A DNA stretch of 64,000 bases from an uncultured Acidobacteriota bacterium (lineage in GTDB: Bacteria > Acidobacteriota > Vicinamibacteria > Vicinamibacterales > CAVVIG01): the NCBI GenBank assembly GCA_963794305.1, contig CAWCDQ010000045.1, forward strand, positions 64,138-128,137, read 5' to 3'. Under the pieces are notes generated by a model, which was not told the origin of the DNA, made no database searches, and saw nothing but the letters and a program-made list of their open reading frames with translations. The number at the start of each line of letters is the position of its first letter. Position 1 is the first letter of the stretch. A program made the position numbers and the translations under genes. Below, one piece after another: positions 9,140 through 20,030 of the stretch.

Positions 9140-9320
9140 TCACGTCGCCCCGGCCGACACATGGGTCGGCCGCTACGTTTTGCGGCTTCGCACTCGCCCT
9201 TGGATTCGCCGCCGCGCCTTTCGGGATCCTCACCCCGGCCGACACATAGGTCGGCCGCTACGGTTTGATCGTCACCCGTTCACGTAGGGGCGGACCCGTG
9301 TGTCCGCCCCGCCGACGGGC
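9140..9320. repeat. Cluster of three GC-rich REP-like hairpins
   Basis: cggccgac-acatgg-gtcggccg (9151-9172), cggccgac-acatag-gtcggccg (9236-9257), and ggggcggac-ccgtgt-gtccgcccc (9287-9310). The first two share flanks (ccccggccgacaca..ggtcggccgctacg.ttt). Confidence 0.8.
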
Positions 9321-9331
9321 GGCGATAGCGC

Positions 9332-9877
9332 CTAGCGGTTCTTGAAATCGCCCTTCAGCCCCGCCGACGCGCCTTTCGGGATCGTCAGCGACGTCCACGT
9401 ATCGCCGGCGAAGTGCCTGGCGAGATACACGATCTGGCCGACGTGTGACGCCATGTGCGCCAGCGATCGATTGAGCGCCTCGATCACCAGGAACGCTTCG
9501 CCGCGGATGTGAACGGTCCGTTCGAGATCCGCCGGGCCGAGCGCTTCGAGCGACCTAAGTGCGATCGACCACCCTTCGTCCCATCCCTTCAGGATGTCGG
9601 CGCGCGATTCCTGGCCCGTCGTTTCGAATTCACTGTCGCGATCGCGATCCGGTTTTTCTCCGTCGGTGGTGAGGAAGTCGCGGTACCGCGATCGCAGGTT
9701 GCCGCCCACGTGCTTGACGATGACCGCGATGCTGTTGGAATTCGGGTCGAGCACGGTGTGCAGGTGCTCGTCGGGGACGCGGGGGAGCGCCTTGTCGACG
9801 TATCCCTTGAACATTTTGAACTGGCGAATCACGTCCGCCAGGTACGCCGAGCGCATGTCGGAAGCCGTGGCCGTCAT
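9332..9877 (-). CDS. DinB/DUF1572-like four-helix-bundle protein
   Basis: Part of ORF 9332..10372. The start is ATG at 9877 (MTATASDMRSAYLADVIRQFKMFKGYVDKAL...), 2 nt after the upstream ACAD stop. Confidence 0.7.
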   Translation of the reverse strand: MTATASDMRSAYLADVIRQFKMFKGYVDKALPRVPDEHLHTVLDPNSNSIAVIVKHVGGNLRSRYRDFLTTDGEKPDRDRDSEFETTGQESRADILKGWDEGWSIALRSLEALGPADLERTVHIRGEAFLVIEALNRSLAHMASHVGQIVYLARHFAGDTWTSLTIPKGASAGLKGDFKNR

Positions 9878-9879
9878 GA

Positions 9880-11022
9880 TCACCCCAGGATGTTCTTGGC
9901 AATCGTCTGCAGTTGCAGGTTCGACGTGCCCTCGTAAATCTGGCCGATTTTCGCGTCGCGGTACAGCTTCTCGACGGGATACTCCTTCACGAAGCCGTTG
10001 CCCCCGAAGAGATTCACCGCCAGCGACGCGGTCCGCTCCGCAACCTCCGACGAGAAGATCTTGCACATCGCCGCTTCCGTGAGGAACGGCAGCTTCGCGT
10101 CCCGCAGACGCGCCGCGTTGTAGACGAGCAGCCGGGCGGCCTCGATGTCGGTGGCCGCGCGCGCGAGCTGGTGCTGCACCGACTGAAACTCGGCGATCGC
10201 TTTGCCGAACTGCTTGCGCTCGCGGGTATATGCGATCGTGTGATCGAGCGCGCCCTGGGCCAGGCCGATCATCTGCGCGCCGATGCCGATGCGCCCTTCG
10301 TTGAGCGTTTCGATCGCGACCTTGTAGCCCTTGCCGACGTCGCCGAGCACGTTGGCTTTCGGCACACGGCACTCCTCGAACAGCAGCTCGCAGGTGCTGC
10401 TCGCGCGGATGCCGAGCTTGTCCTCCTTCTTGCCGACCACGAAGCCGGCGGTCCCGCGCTCCACCAGAAACGCCGTGATCCCCCGATAGCCCGCATCGGG
10501 GTTCACGTTCGCGAAGACGATGAAGAGGCCGGCCTCGTTGGCGTTGGTGATCCAGAGCTTCCGTCCGGTGAGCACGAAGTCGCCGTCGCGTTCGACGGCG
10601 CGCGTCGTCAGGGCGAACGCATCGCTGCCCGATCCCGCCTCCGACAACGCGTACGCGCCGATCAGGTCGGTCGCCATCCTCGGCAGGAACCGCTTCTTGA
10701 TGTCGTCGTTTCCCCAGCGAAGAAGCGCGTTGATGACGAGCGTGTTCTGGACGTCGACCATGACGCCGACCGAGGGATCCACTCTCGACAGCGCTTCGAC
10801 CGCGAGGACCGAGTGGAAGAAACTCGCGCCGCCGCCGCCGTAGCCGTCCGGAATCTCGATGGCCATCACGCCGAGCGCGAACAGCTTTTCGATCAGCGCG
10901 GGCGTGAACTTCGCGTGCTCGTCCATCTCGCGGACCAGCGGGCGGATCTCTTTGTCCGCGAACTCGTACACACTGTCCCGCAGGAGCCGTTCGTCCTCCG
11001 CCAGAATCGTCAGGGGCTGCAT
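9880..11022 (-). CDS. Acyl-CoA dehydrogenase
   Basis: Part of ORF 9880..11115; likely start is MQPLTILAEDERLLRDSV at 11022. C-terminus is ...IYEGTSNLQLQTIAKNILG. Confidence 0.9.
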   Translation of the reverse strand: MQPLTILAEDERLLRDSVYEFADKEIRPLVREMDEHAKFTPALIEKLFALGVMAIEIPDGYGGGGASFFHSVLAVEALSRVDPSVGVMVDVQNTLVINALLRWGNDDIKKRFLPRMATDLIGAYALSEAGSGSDAFALTTRAVERDGDFVLTGRKLWITNANEAGLFIVFANVNPDAGYRGITAFLVERGTAGFVVGKKEDKLGIRASSTCELLFEECRVPKANVLGDVGKGYKVAIETLNEGRIGIGAQMIGLAQGALDHTIAYTRERKQFGKAIAEFQSVQHQLARAATDIEAARLLVYNAARLRDAKLPFLTEAAMCKIFSSEVAERTASLAVNLFGGNGFVKEYPVEKLYRDAKIGQIYEGTSNLQLQTIAKNILG

Positions 11023-11048
11023 TCTCTGGATGTTATCATCGAGGCATC

Positions 11049-12606
11049 GTGCGAAGGATCGGGCTGCTGACCGCCGCGCTCTTCGCGGTAACGCTCCACG
11101 CGTCGCCTCAGACATCTCAGGCCCAGCCGCCGCCCCAGCCGCCCCCGGTCTTTCGTGCCGGCACGAATCTCGTGCAGGTGGACGCCATCGTCACCGACCC
11201 CGACGGCCATCCGCTCGTCGAGCTCACCGCCGCCGACTTCGAACTGCAGGACGACGGCAAGCCGATGACGATCGATCGAGTGCGTTTCCTCGGCGCCGAA
11301 GACTATTCGGGAGATAGCACGCCTGCGCCGATCCGCACGCACGATGACGAGGAGCGCGAGGCGTCGCGCGACGATGTGCGGGTCTACGCCATCATGCTCG
11401 ACGACTACCACGTCCAGCGCATGGAGGAGCTGCGCGTCATCGAGCCCCTGCTGGCGTTCGTGCGCCAACTGCCGCCGACCGACCTCGTCGCCGTGTACTA
11501 CCCGCTCGACTCGGTGACCGACGTCGCGTTCACCCGGGACCGCGAAGCGGTGTTCAAGGCGATTCGCGCCTTCTACGGCCGTAAAGGCGACTATCAGCCG
11601 AAACGCCCGGTCGAAGAGGAGCACTTGCGCTTTTCGCCAGGGCAACGAGAAACGATTCGCCGCCAGATCGTCACGTCGGCGCTCGAGGGGCTGGCGCTCC
11701 ATCTCGGATCGATCAAGATCGGACGCAAGACAATCATCTTCGTCAGCGACGGGTTCACGCAGCCGGTCGAAGACGTGCGCGACCTGTTTCAGGCCGCCAA
11801 CCGGACCAACACTGCCATCTATCCGCTCGACCCCCGAGGCCTGACCATGGCCAATGGCCGCACGACGAGCGGGATGATAATGAACGGGCTCATGAGCGAT
11901 CGCGACGCGATGGAAACGCTCGCCGCCGAGACCGGCGGCCGCGCCATCGTCCAGAAGAACGACCTCAGCGCCGCGCTCGGGCAGGTGATCCGTGATTCGC
12001 GCGCCTACTACCTGATCGCGTACGAGTCGCCGCATCCCGACGATGGCAAGTTTCACAAGGTCAGCGTGCGCGTGAAGCGCCGGGGCGCCAGCGTGTTTGC
12101 ACGCACCGGCTACTGGGCGTTCAAGCGCGAGCGAAAACACCGCGATGGTGCCCTCGGCGCTGCCGCCCGTGTCGCCTGCCGTGCAGGCGGCCGTCGACAG
12201 GCTGGCCGACTCCCTGCGTCCCGACGCGGACGAGCCGACGGAACGCCCGCGCCGGATGATGATGCCGGCGGCGGCCGCCCCGGCCGCGGCGCCGCTTCTC
12301 GCACCGCCGACGATCGCGGTGGCTCACGGAAAAGCCGTGGGCGAGCCGGTGAAGCGGCGCGAGTTCAGCCGCACCGACACGCTGGTCGTCCGCTCGGAAA
12401 CAAAGCGGACGCCGGTCGTTTCCGGACGCCTGCTCAATCGACGCGGCGACCCGCTGACCGATTTGCCGCTGACGCCCGGCACGGACATGCCTGAGCTGCG
12501 GCTGCCGCTTGGCAGCCTGGGCGCGGGCGACTACGTCATCGAGCTGACGGCCAAGGCCGGCGACGAGACCGTTCAGCAGTACGTCGCGTTCCGCGTCGTC
12601 CGGTAG
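11049..12606 (+). CDS. Secreted VWFA-domain protein, paralog 1 (apparent frameshift)
   Basis: ORFs 11049..12494 (frame 0) and 12097..12606 (frame 1) join at about 12129 (GYWAFKR|SENTAMVPS). Signal peptide, then PVFRAGTNLVQVDAIVTD...FELQDDGKP, as in the two downstream paralogs. Confidence 0.75.
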
Positions 12607-12621
12607 TCTAAGATTGAGGGT

Positions 12622-14740
12622 ATGCGGATGCGAAATTCACTCGCCGCCGGCGCCGCTCTTCTTCTCGCGTTGGGGGCGCAGGGCGCCGCTCAACAACCCG
12701 CTCAGCAACCGGCCAAACCGGCTTCGCCGCCGGCGCAGCCGCAGGCGGCCGACCCGGCCCAGCAGCCTCCCATCTTCCGCGCCGGGATCAACTACGTCCG
12801 CGTCGACGTCATCATCTCGGACAAGAACGGCAACCCGGTCGCCGATCTGCAGCCGTCGGACTTCGACGTGTTCGAGGACAACAAGCCCCAGAAGATCGAC
12901 ACGTTCAAGCTGGTCAAGCTCGACGGCGGCACGGCGGACGCGATCAAGGATCCGCCGAAGGAAATTCGCAACGACTTCGACGAGGAATCCGAGGCGGCGC
13001 GCGACGACGTGCGTCTGTTCGCGATTTTTCTCGACGACTACCACGTTCGCCGCGGCGCGAGCATGGCGGTGCGCGGACAGCTGGCGCGCTTCATCGATAC
13101 GCAAATCGGTCCGTCCGACATGGTCGGCGTGATGTATCCGCTGGAATCGACCGGATCGGTCCGCATGACGCGGAATCATTCGGCCGTGTCGCGCGGACTC
13201 CAGCAGTTCCTCGGCCGCAAGTATGAGTACGAGCCGAAGAACCAGTTCGAAGAGCAATACGCGCACTACCCGACCGAGACGGTCGAACGCGTGCGCAACC
13301 AGGTGTCGCTCTCCGCGATCAAGGCGCTGATCGTCCACATGGGATCGCTGAAGGAAGGACGCAAGTCGCTGATCCTGGTCAGCGAGGGCTACACCTACAT
13401 GGTCCCGCCGCAGATGCGCAGCGCCGACGCGCAGCAGCCGGGCCTGGGCAACCCGAACCAGTTCAACCCGAACGCAGGGCAGAACGACATCAACGAAGAC
13501 AGGGCGGCCTGGACTGCCGGCCTCGACATGGACTCGGATCTGCGCGAGCTCTACGACACCGCCAACCGGAACAACGTGGCGATCTACGCGGTCGATCCCC
13601 GCGGCCTGCCTGGCTTCGAGTTCGACATCAACGAGGGCGTCGGCCTTCAGACCGACACGAAGTACCTGAACACGACGATGGACTCGCTGCGGACGCTGGC
13701 GGAGAACACCGACGGCCGCGCGATCGTCAACCGGAACGACATCGCCACCGGCATGAAGCAGATCACGCGCGACTCGAGCGCGTACTACCTGATCGGCTAC
13801 AACTCGGCGCAGGCGCCCACCGACGGAAAGTTCCACGAGATCAAGGTGAAGGTGAAGCGGCCGGGCCTGCAGGTTCGCGCGCGGCGCGGCTACTGGGCGC
13901 TCAACCGCGAAGAAGTCGCGCGCGCGACCGCTCCCGCAAAGGCACCAACGCCGAAGCCCGTCGAAGCGGCGATCGCCAACGCCGTGGTCCGGCCGTCGCG
14001 CGCGAGCGTCGTGCGATCCTGGGTCGGCATGTCACGCGGCGAAAACGGCAAGACGCGCGTGACGTTCGTGTGGGAACCGCTGCCGAAGTCGCCTGGCGAT
14101 CGGCCTCGCGAAGAACCGGCGCGCGTGTCGTTGATGGCGATCGCGCCGGACGGCTCGCCGTCCTTCCGCGGCAAGGTACCGGACGTCGCGCTCGCGTCGA
14201 CGGCACCCTCGGCCGCAGCGGGCGCCGGCGGAGCCGCGGCAGGCCGTGGTCCCTCGCGCGTCTCGTTCGACGTCAGCCCGGGCAAGATCCAGCTGCGCAT
14301 CTCGGTGGAAGGCTCCGTGTCGCAAGTGCTCGACAGCGAGACGCGAGAAATCACCGTGCCCGACTTGACGTCCGCTCAGGCGACGCTCGGCACGGCCTCG
14401 GTGCTGCGGGCCCGTACGGCGCGTGAGTTCCAGCAGTTGAAGGCGCGACGCCGACGCCGTTCCCATCGCCGGCCGCGAGTTCAGCCGGACCGAGCACTTG
14501 CTGGTCAGGGTGCCGAGCTACGGGCCTGGCGGCACGACGCCGGTGCTGCGCGTACACCTGCTCAACCGCGCCGGCTCGGCGATGAACGAGCTGAAGGCGG
14601 AGCCGTCGCCGAAAGCGGGCGAGCAGCAGGTCGATCTCCCGCTGGCCGCGCTGCCGCCCGGCGAGTACGTGCTCGAGATCAAGGCCGGCGATCAGGACGG
14701 CGACGCGACGGAACTGGTCGGCTTCCGCGTCACAGGCTGA
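12622..14740 (+). CDS. Secreted VWFA-domain protein, paralog 2 (apparent frameshift)
   Basis: N-terminal 607 codons of ORF 12622..16578, then an extra base at about 14446. The true C-terminus continues in ORF 14498..14740 (DADAVPIAGREFSRTEHLLVRV...ELVGFRVTG*), colinear with the C-terminus of paralog 3. Confidence 0.8.
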
Positions 14741-14745
14741 TCGGC

Positions 14746-16578
14746 ATGCGCGCTCTCGTCGCGGTGCTCCTCGTCGCAGCGGGGATGAGCGATCAATCAG
14801 CTCTCGCGCCGAAGTCCGCCGGTTCCGATTCCGCTTCCTCGCCCGGTCGCCTCGTCACGATCGACATGACGGTGACCGATGCGCGCGGCCGAGCCCTCAC
14901 CGATCTCAAGCAGTCCGATTTCGAGCTGCGGGAAGGCGCCACGCTGCTGCCGCTGGAATCCGTTCGGCTCGTCCGCGTGGCTCCCGGCCCGCCGTCCGAT
15001 CCGCCGGCGCGGATTCAATCCGCCGCCGACGAGCGTCTCGCCGCCGGGCAGGAACAGTCCCGGCTGTTCGCGATCTACCTGGACGAGTATCACGTCGCGA
15101 GCGGCACCGAGTCGAACCGCGTGCGTGAAGCGCTGATCCGCTTCGTGGACCGCGACGTCTCTCCCGACGATCTCATCGTGGTCCTGAAACCACTCGATTC
15201 GCTGTTGACGATTCGCATGACGCGCGACCGCGACGCCGTGCGGCGCTCGATCGAGAGCTTCGAGGGCCGCAAAGGGGACTACGAGCCGCGCAACGGGTAC
15301 GAGCGTGAGTTCATGGCCGCCACGCCGGCGCGCATCGACGCGGCTCGCGGCCAGGTGGCGCTGTCGGCGATCAACGCGCTCGCGGTCCACCTCGGAAGCC
15401 TGACCGACCGGCGCAAGACGCTGATCGTCGTCACCGACACCGTCGGCCGTACCGATCGGCGGCGCGGCCAGGAGTATCTGCCGACGCTGGACACGATCAT
15501 CCGATCGGCGAACCGGTCCAACGTGGCGGTGTATCCGTTCGACCCGCGCGACATCGCCGACGGCCAGTCGGAAGGCGCCGATCTCCGCCGGCTCGCGGAC
15601 GAAACCGACGGCCGGGCGATCGACGCCGACGCCGATGCCGGCCTGCGGCGCGTGTCAGCCGATTCGAGCGCCTACTACCTGGTGTCGTTCCGCACCGCGC
15701 ATCCCGACGACGGACAGTTCCGCGAGCTGCTGGCGCGCGTCAAGCGGGCGGGCGCGGTCGTGCGCGCGCGAAAGGGATACTGGACGGCGTCGCCCGACGA
15801 GGCGTTGCGCACGGCGCTGATTGCAAAGGCGAACGCGCCGAAAGTGGTCGCGCCGGTGGAACCGCCTCCGCACGCCAGCCCGCTGATTCGTCCGTGGTTC
15901 GGTGTCGCGCGCGGCGAGAATGGCCGGACGCGGGTGACCTTCGTGTGGGAGCCGGCGACACGCGTGCCCGGCGATCGCGTTCGCCGGACCGTGTCGAAGC
16001 TCGAATTCCAGGCGCGTTCGGCCGACGGAGCCGTGCTGTTCGAGGGACCGGTCGCGCCGACCGGTCCCGGGACGATCGACGAGCCGGCAGGGCCGCCCGC
16101 TCGCGTGGTCTTCGATGCGCCGCCAGGGGTGCTGCGCCTGCGCATGTCGATTCAGGATGCGGCGGCGACGGTCCTCGATCAGGACGTGCGCCAGCTGTCG
16201 CTGCGGGACCTGAAGGGCGACGTCGCGATCGGCACGCCGGAAGTCCTGCGCGCGCGGAATGCGCGCGAGTTCCGCGCGCTCGACGCCGAGACCGCCGTTC
16301 CGGTGGCGTCGCGCGAGTTCAGCCGGACCGAGCGCTTGTTGATCCGTTTCCGCGCGTACGGGCCGGCCGGTGAGCCGCCGGTCGTCTCCGCGAAGCTCCT
16401 CGACCGGGTCGGTCACGTGATACACCCGATCGACGTCGTTGGGGCGCCGGCCGCTGGAGAAAACGCCATCGACCTGCCGCTCGCGGGCTTTGCGCCAGGC
16501 GACTACACGATCGAAGTCAAAGCGGCCGGCGGCGGGCACGAAGCGGTCGAGCGGATGCCGTTCCGCGTCACCTACTGA
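14746..16578 (+). CDS. Secreted VWFA-domain protein, paralog 3
   Basis: ATG at 14746 (MRALVAVLLVAAGMS...) inside ORF 12622..16578. Intact to the stop at 16578. Confidence 0.8.
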   Translation: MRALVAVLLVAAGMSDQSALAPKSAGSDSASSPGRLVTIDMTVTDARGRALTDLKQSDFELREGATLLPLESVRLVRVAPGPPSDPPARIQSAADERLAAGQEQSRLFAIYLDEYHVASGTESNRVREALIRFVDRDVSPDDLIVVLKPLDSLLTIRMTRDRDAVRRSIESFEGRKGDYEPRNGYEREFMAATPARIDAARGQVALSAINALAVHLGSLTDRRKTLIVVTDTVGRTDRRRGQEYLPTLDTIIRSANRSNVAVYPFDPRDIADGQSEGADLRRLADETDGRAIDADADAGLRRVSADSSAYYLVSFRTAHPDDGQFRELLARVKRAGAVVRARKGYWTASPDEALRTALIAKANAPKVVAPVEPPPHASPLIRPWFGVARGENGRTRVTFVWEPATRVPGDRVRRTVSKLEFQARSADGAVLFEGPVAPTGPGTIDEPAGPPARVVFDAPPGVLRLRMSIQDAAATVLDQDVRQLSLRDLKGDVAIGTPEVLRARNAREFRALDAETAVPVASREFSRTERLLIRFRAYGPAGEPPVVSAKLLDRVGHVIHPIDVVGAPAAGENAIDLPLAGFAPGDYTIEVKAAGGGHEAVERMPFRVTY

Positions 16579-16598
16579 ATGCAGCGTTTCAGTTCGGC

Positions 16599-16670
16599 GT
16601 AGTGCAGGCCTTCAGGCCGGACTTCACGCGGCGGACCTGAAGGTCCGCACTACATCGAAGTGAAAACACG
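16599..16670. repeat. Composite palindromic REP-like element, copy 1
   Basis: gtagtgc-aggccttcaggcc...gcggacctgaaggtccgc-actac followed by the tail atcgaagtgaaaacacg. Second copy at 46928-46999. Confidence 0.8.
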
Positions 16671-16919
16671 CTAGCGTTTGGGCGACAGCAAACCGAGCGC
16701 TTCTGCATACGCGCGTGTGAGCCGCTCCAGCTCCCCGACCGAGAATTGCGCGGGATGCTCGAGCGCGGAAGGAAGATCGAACGACCTCACCTGGCCGTCG
16801 TCCATCAGCAGGGGAAGGGTGATGCGCCGGGATCGGACTGGTTCGCGCTTGCCGTCGTGCGAAGTGGCCTGTCGCGTGACGTCGAAGAGATTGGGTGAGT
16901 TCGTCGAACTCTGCGTCAT
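16671..16919 (-). CDS. Hypothetical small protein (82 aa)
   Basis: ORF downstream of gdhA on the same strand. Mixed, non-repetitive composition; no recognisable motif. Confidence 0.35.
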   Translation of the reverse strand: MTQSSTNSPNLFDVTRQATSHDGKREPVRSRRITLPLLMDDGQVRSFDLPSALEHPAQFSVGELERLTRAYAEALGLLSPKR

Positions 16920-16995
16920 AAGCTGACGACCAGCGGCTTTCGACTGACAACCGGCGACTGACGACTGACCGGCGACTGACGACTGATAACCACGC
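16920..16995. repeat. Tandem heptamer run, CGACTGA family
   Basis: ...cgactgacaaccggcgactgacgactgaccggcgactgacgactgataacc between the gdhA stop and the small ORF. Confidence 0.7.
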
Positions 16996-16997
16996 CC

Positions 16998-18254
16998 TTA
17001 CGCGTACATCCCGCGCATCCGCGTGACGGTGGCGACGCGGCTGATCGCGACGATGTAGGCGGCTGTCCGCATGTCGACCTTGTACTTCAGCGAGGTCTCC
17101 AGCACGGCATGGAACGCCTCGCACATCTTGGCTTCGAGCCGTTCGTTGACTTCCTTCTCGGTCCAGAAGTACCCGTACCGATCCTGCACCCACTCGAAGT
17201 AGGACGTCGTGACACCGGAGCTGTTGGCGAGAATATCGGGCACGACGAACACGCCGTGGTCGTGCAGGTACTTGTGCGCGTCGGGCGTCGTCGGGCCGTT
17301 GGCGCCTTCGATGATGATCTTCGCCTTGATGGACGGCGCGTTGTCGATCGTGATCTGATTCTCGAGCGCGGCAGGAATCAGGATGTCCACGTCGAGCGAG
17401 AAGAGGTCGGCGTTGGTCAGCGGTTCGCCGCCGGAGTACCCGTCGACCGTCTTGTGCTGCTTGACATAGTCGAGCAGCGCAGGGATGTCGAGGCCTTTGG
17501 CGTTGTAGAGGCCGCCCTTCCAGTCGGTGACGGCGACGATGGTCGCGCCGACTTGCGAGGCGAGCAGCTCGGCTGAAATCGAGCCGACGTTGCCGAAGCC
17601 CTGGACTGCGACTTTCGCGCCCTTGATGTTGAGGCCGACGTGGTTGGCCGATTCGCGCGCCGCGATCATGACGCCGCGTCCCGTCGCTTCGCGCCGGCCG
17701 AGCGAACCGCCCATCTCGATCGGTTTGCCGGTGACCACGGCCGTCGAGGTGTGGCCAACGTGCATGGAGTAGGTGTCCATCACCCACGCCATGATCTGCG
17801 CATCGGTGTTGACGTCGGGCGCAGGAACGTCTTTCTCGGGACCGATCGCGTCGACGATCTCCGCGATGTAGCGGCGCGTCAGCGCCTCGACTTCGCGCCT
17901 CGACATCTTCGTGGGATCGCAGATCACGCCGCCCTTGCCGCCGCCGAACGGGATGTGCGCGACGGCGCATTTCCAGGTCATCCACGCCGCCAGCGCCGTG
18001 ACTTCGTCGAGCGTCACTCCCGGGTGGAACCGGATGCCGCCCTTGGCCGGACCGAGCGTGATGTTGTACTGGACCCGATAGCCGGTGAAGACTTCGATCT
18101 CGCCGTTGTCCATCTGGATCGGACAGGAGACCGTGATTTGACGTTTCGGGTTGGTGAGGATCTTCCAGATGCCCGGCTCGAGATTGAGGATGCGGGCGGC
18201 TCCGTCGAACTCCTGGAGCATCGCGTTGAAAATCGAACCGTTCGTAGCCGCCAT
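16998..18254 (-). CDS. gdhA: Glutamate dehydrogenase (Glu/Leu/Phe/Val dehydrogenase family)
   Basis: 418-aa ORF with [17 protein letters not shown] and GFGNVG (Rossmann) motifs. Confidence 0.92.
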   Translation of the reverse strand: MAATNGSIFNAMLQEFDGAARILNLEPGIWKILTNPKRQITVSCPIQMDNGEIEVFTGYRVQYNITLGPAKGGIRFHPGVTLDEVTALAAWMTWKCAVAHIPFGGGKGGVICDPTKMSRREVEALTRRYIAEIVDAIGPEKDVPAPDVNTDAQIMAWVMDTYSMHVGHTSTAVVTGKPIEMGGSLGRREATGRGVMIAARESANHVGLNIKGAKVAVQGFGNVGSISAELLASQVGATIVAVTDWKGGLYNAKGLDIPALLDYVKQHKTVDGYSGGEPLTNADLFSLDVDILIPAALENQITIDNAPSIKAKIIIEGANGPTTPDAHKYLHDHGVFVVPDILANSSGVTTSYFEWVQDRYGYFWTEKEVNERLEAKMCEAFHAVLETSLKYKVDMRTAAYIVAISRVATVTRMRGMYA

Positions 18255-18350
18255 GAGGCTCCTAGTCCAAGCGCGCCAGACTACCCCTGTCCGGCTGTAC
18301 TAGTCAAACACCGTGCTGACAGCCGAAGGCGTCGGAAGGGATCGGGCGGG

Positions 18351-18356
18351 TATAAT
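18351..18356 (+). promoter_or_regulatory. Perfect TATAAT -10 box 9 nt upstream of the mutase ATG (possible leaderless transcript)
   Basis: gggcgggTATAATgttcagtgtATG. No good -35 box was seen. Confidence 0.35.
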
Positions 18357-18365
18357 GTTCAGTGT

Positions 18366-20030
18366 ATGAAAACGGTTGCCGAGAGCGGCAAGGCGCGATG
18401 GCAGCACGAGACGCTCGAGCCGGCGCTGAAGAAATCGCCCGAACGCGCCACGAGCTTCACCACGATTTCCGGGCGGCCGATCGAGCCGCTCTATACCGCC
18501 GAGGATGTCGAGGAGATTGACTACACACGGGACGTCAACAACCCCGGTGTGTTCCCGTACACGCGCGGCATCCACCCGACCGGCTATCGCGGCAAGCTGT
18601 GGACGATGCGCCAGTTCGCCGGCTTCGGCACGCCGGAGGACACCAATCAGCGCTACAAGACGCTCCTGAAGGCGGGCGGCACCGGGCTGAGCGTCGCGTT
18701 CGACCTGCCCACGCTGATGGGACGCGATCCCGATCACGAGCTGTCGCTCGGCGAAGTGGGGAAGTGCGGCGTCAGCATCATGTCGCTGGCCGACATGGAA
18801 ACGCTCTTCGACGGCATCCAGCTCGGCGACATCACCACGTCGATGACGATCAACTCGCCGGCGGCGATGATCTTCGCGATGTACCTCGTCGTGGCCGAGA
18901 AGCAGGGCGCCGACTGGAAGACGATCTCCGGCACGATCCAGAACGACATCCTGAAGGAGTTCATCGCCCAGAAGGAGTACATTTTCCCGCCGCGGCCGTC
19001 GATGCGGCTCATCACCGACGTCTTCGCGTTCTGCTCGACGCAGGTGCCGAAGTGGAACACGATCTCGGTGAGCGGTTACCACATCCGGGAGGCGGGGGCG
19101 ACCGCGGTCCAGGAACTGGCGTTCACGCTGCGCGACGGTCTCGAGTACGTGCAGTGGGGCGTGGACGCGGGCCTCGACGTGGATGCGTTCGTGCCGCAGA
19201 TCTCGTTCTTCTTCAACGCGCACAGCGATTTCTTCGAGGAGATCGCCAAGTACCGCGCGGCGAGGACGATCTGGGCGCATGCGATGCGCGATCGGTTCCA
19301 CGCCAGGAACGAGCGGTCGTGGAAGCTGAGGTTTCACAGCCAGACCGCCGGCGTCTCGCTCACCGCGCAGCAGCCGTACAACAACGTCGTCCGCACGGCG
19401 CTGCAGGCGCTCTCCGCCGTGCTCGGCGGAACCAACTCGCTGCACACCAACTCGCTGGACGAGGCGCTCGCGCTGCCAACCGCCGAAGCCGCCACCCTCG
19501 CGCTGCGCACGCAGCAGATCATCGCCCACGAAAGCGGCGTGGCGAATGTCGTCGATCCACTTGGCGGCTCGTATTTCGTCGAGCGGCTGACCAGGGACAT
19601 GGAGGAGGGCGCGCTGGCGTATTTCAGGACCATCGACGCCATGGGCGGCATGGTCGAGGCGATCGAGCGCGGGTTTCCCCAGCAGGAGATTGCCGAGAGT
19701 TCGTACCGGTTTCAGCAGGCGTTCGAACGCAAAGAGAAGATCATGGTCGGCGTCAACGCTTTCGTGCAGCAGGACGATCCGCCGATCGAGATCCTGTACA
19801 TCGACGAGTCGACGTCCGACACGCAGCTCGCCAAGCTCGAAGCGCTCCGGAAGACGCGGAACAACGACGCGGTCAAGCGGACGCTCGACGCGCTGCGGAC
19901 CAGTGCGCGGACCACGGAGAACCTGATGCCGCGCATCCTGGACGCCGTCCGCGCCTATGCGACCGTCGGCGAGATGTGCGATGCCCTCCGCGAGGTGTGG
20001 GGGGAATACGAGGAAGTGCCGATCATCTAG
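18366..20030 (+). CDS. Methylmalonyl-CoA mutase family, catalytic (large) subunit
   Basis: ATG at 18366 within ORF 17640..20030. Motifs: [54 protein letters not shown]. Confidence 0.9.
   Translation: MKTVAESGKARWQHETLEPALKKSPERATSFTTISGRPIEPLYTAEDVEEIDYTRDVNNPGVFPYTRGIHPTGYRGKLWTMRQFAGFGTPEDTNQRYKTLLKAGGTGLSVAFDLPTLMGRDPDHELSLGEVGKCGVSIMSLADMETLFDGIQLGDITTSMTINSPAAMIFAMYLVVAEKQGADWKTISGTIQNDILKEFIAQKEYIFPPRPSMRLITDVFAFCSTQVPKWNTISVSGYHIREAGATAVQELAFTLRDGLEYVQWGVDAGLDVDAFVPQISFFFNAHSDFFEEIAKYRAARTIWAHAMRDRFHARNERSWKLRFHSQTAGVSLTAQQPYNNVVRTALQALSAVLGGTNSLHTNSLDEALALPTAEAATLALRTQQIIAHESGVANVVDPLGGSYFVERLTRDMEEGALAYFRTIDAMGGMVEAIERGFPQQEIAESSYRFQQAFERKEKIMVGVNAFVQQDDPPIEILYIDESTSDTQLAKLEALRKTRNNDAVKRTLDALRTSARTTENLMPRILDAVRAYATVGEMCDALREVWGEYEEVPII

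Noticed and set aside
12622-16578. A single 1318-aa ORF.
   Set aside because: It is two VWFA paralogs fused by readthrough. After an extra base near 14446, the wrong frame stays open across the real stop (14738-14740) into the next gene, whose own ATG is at 14746.
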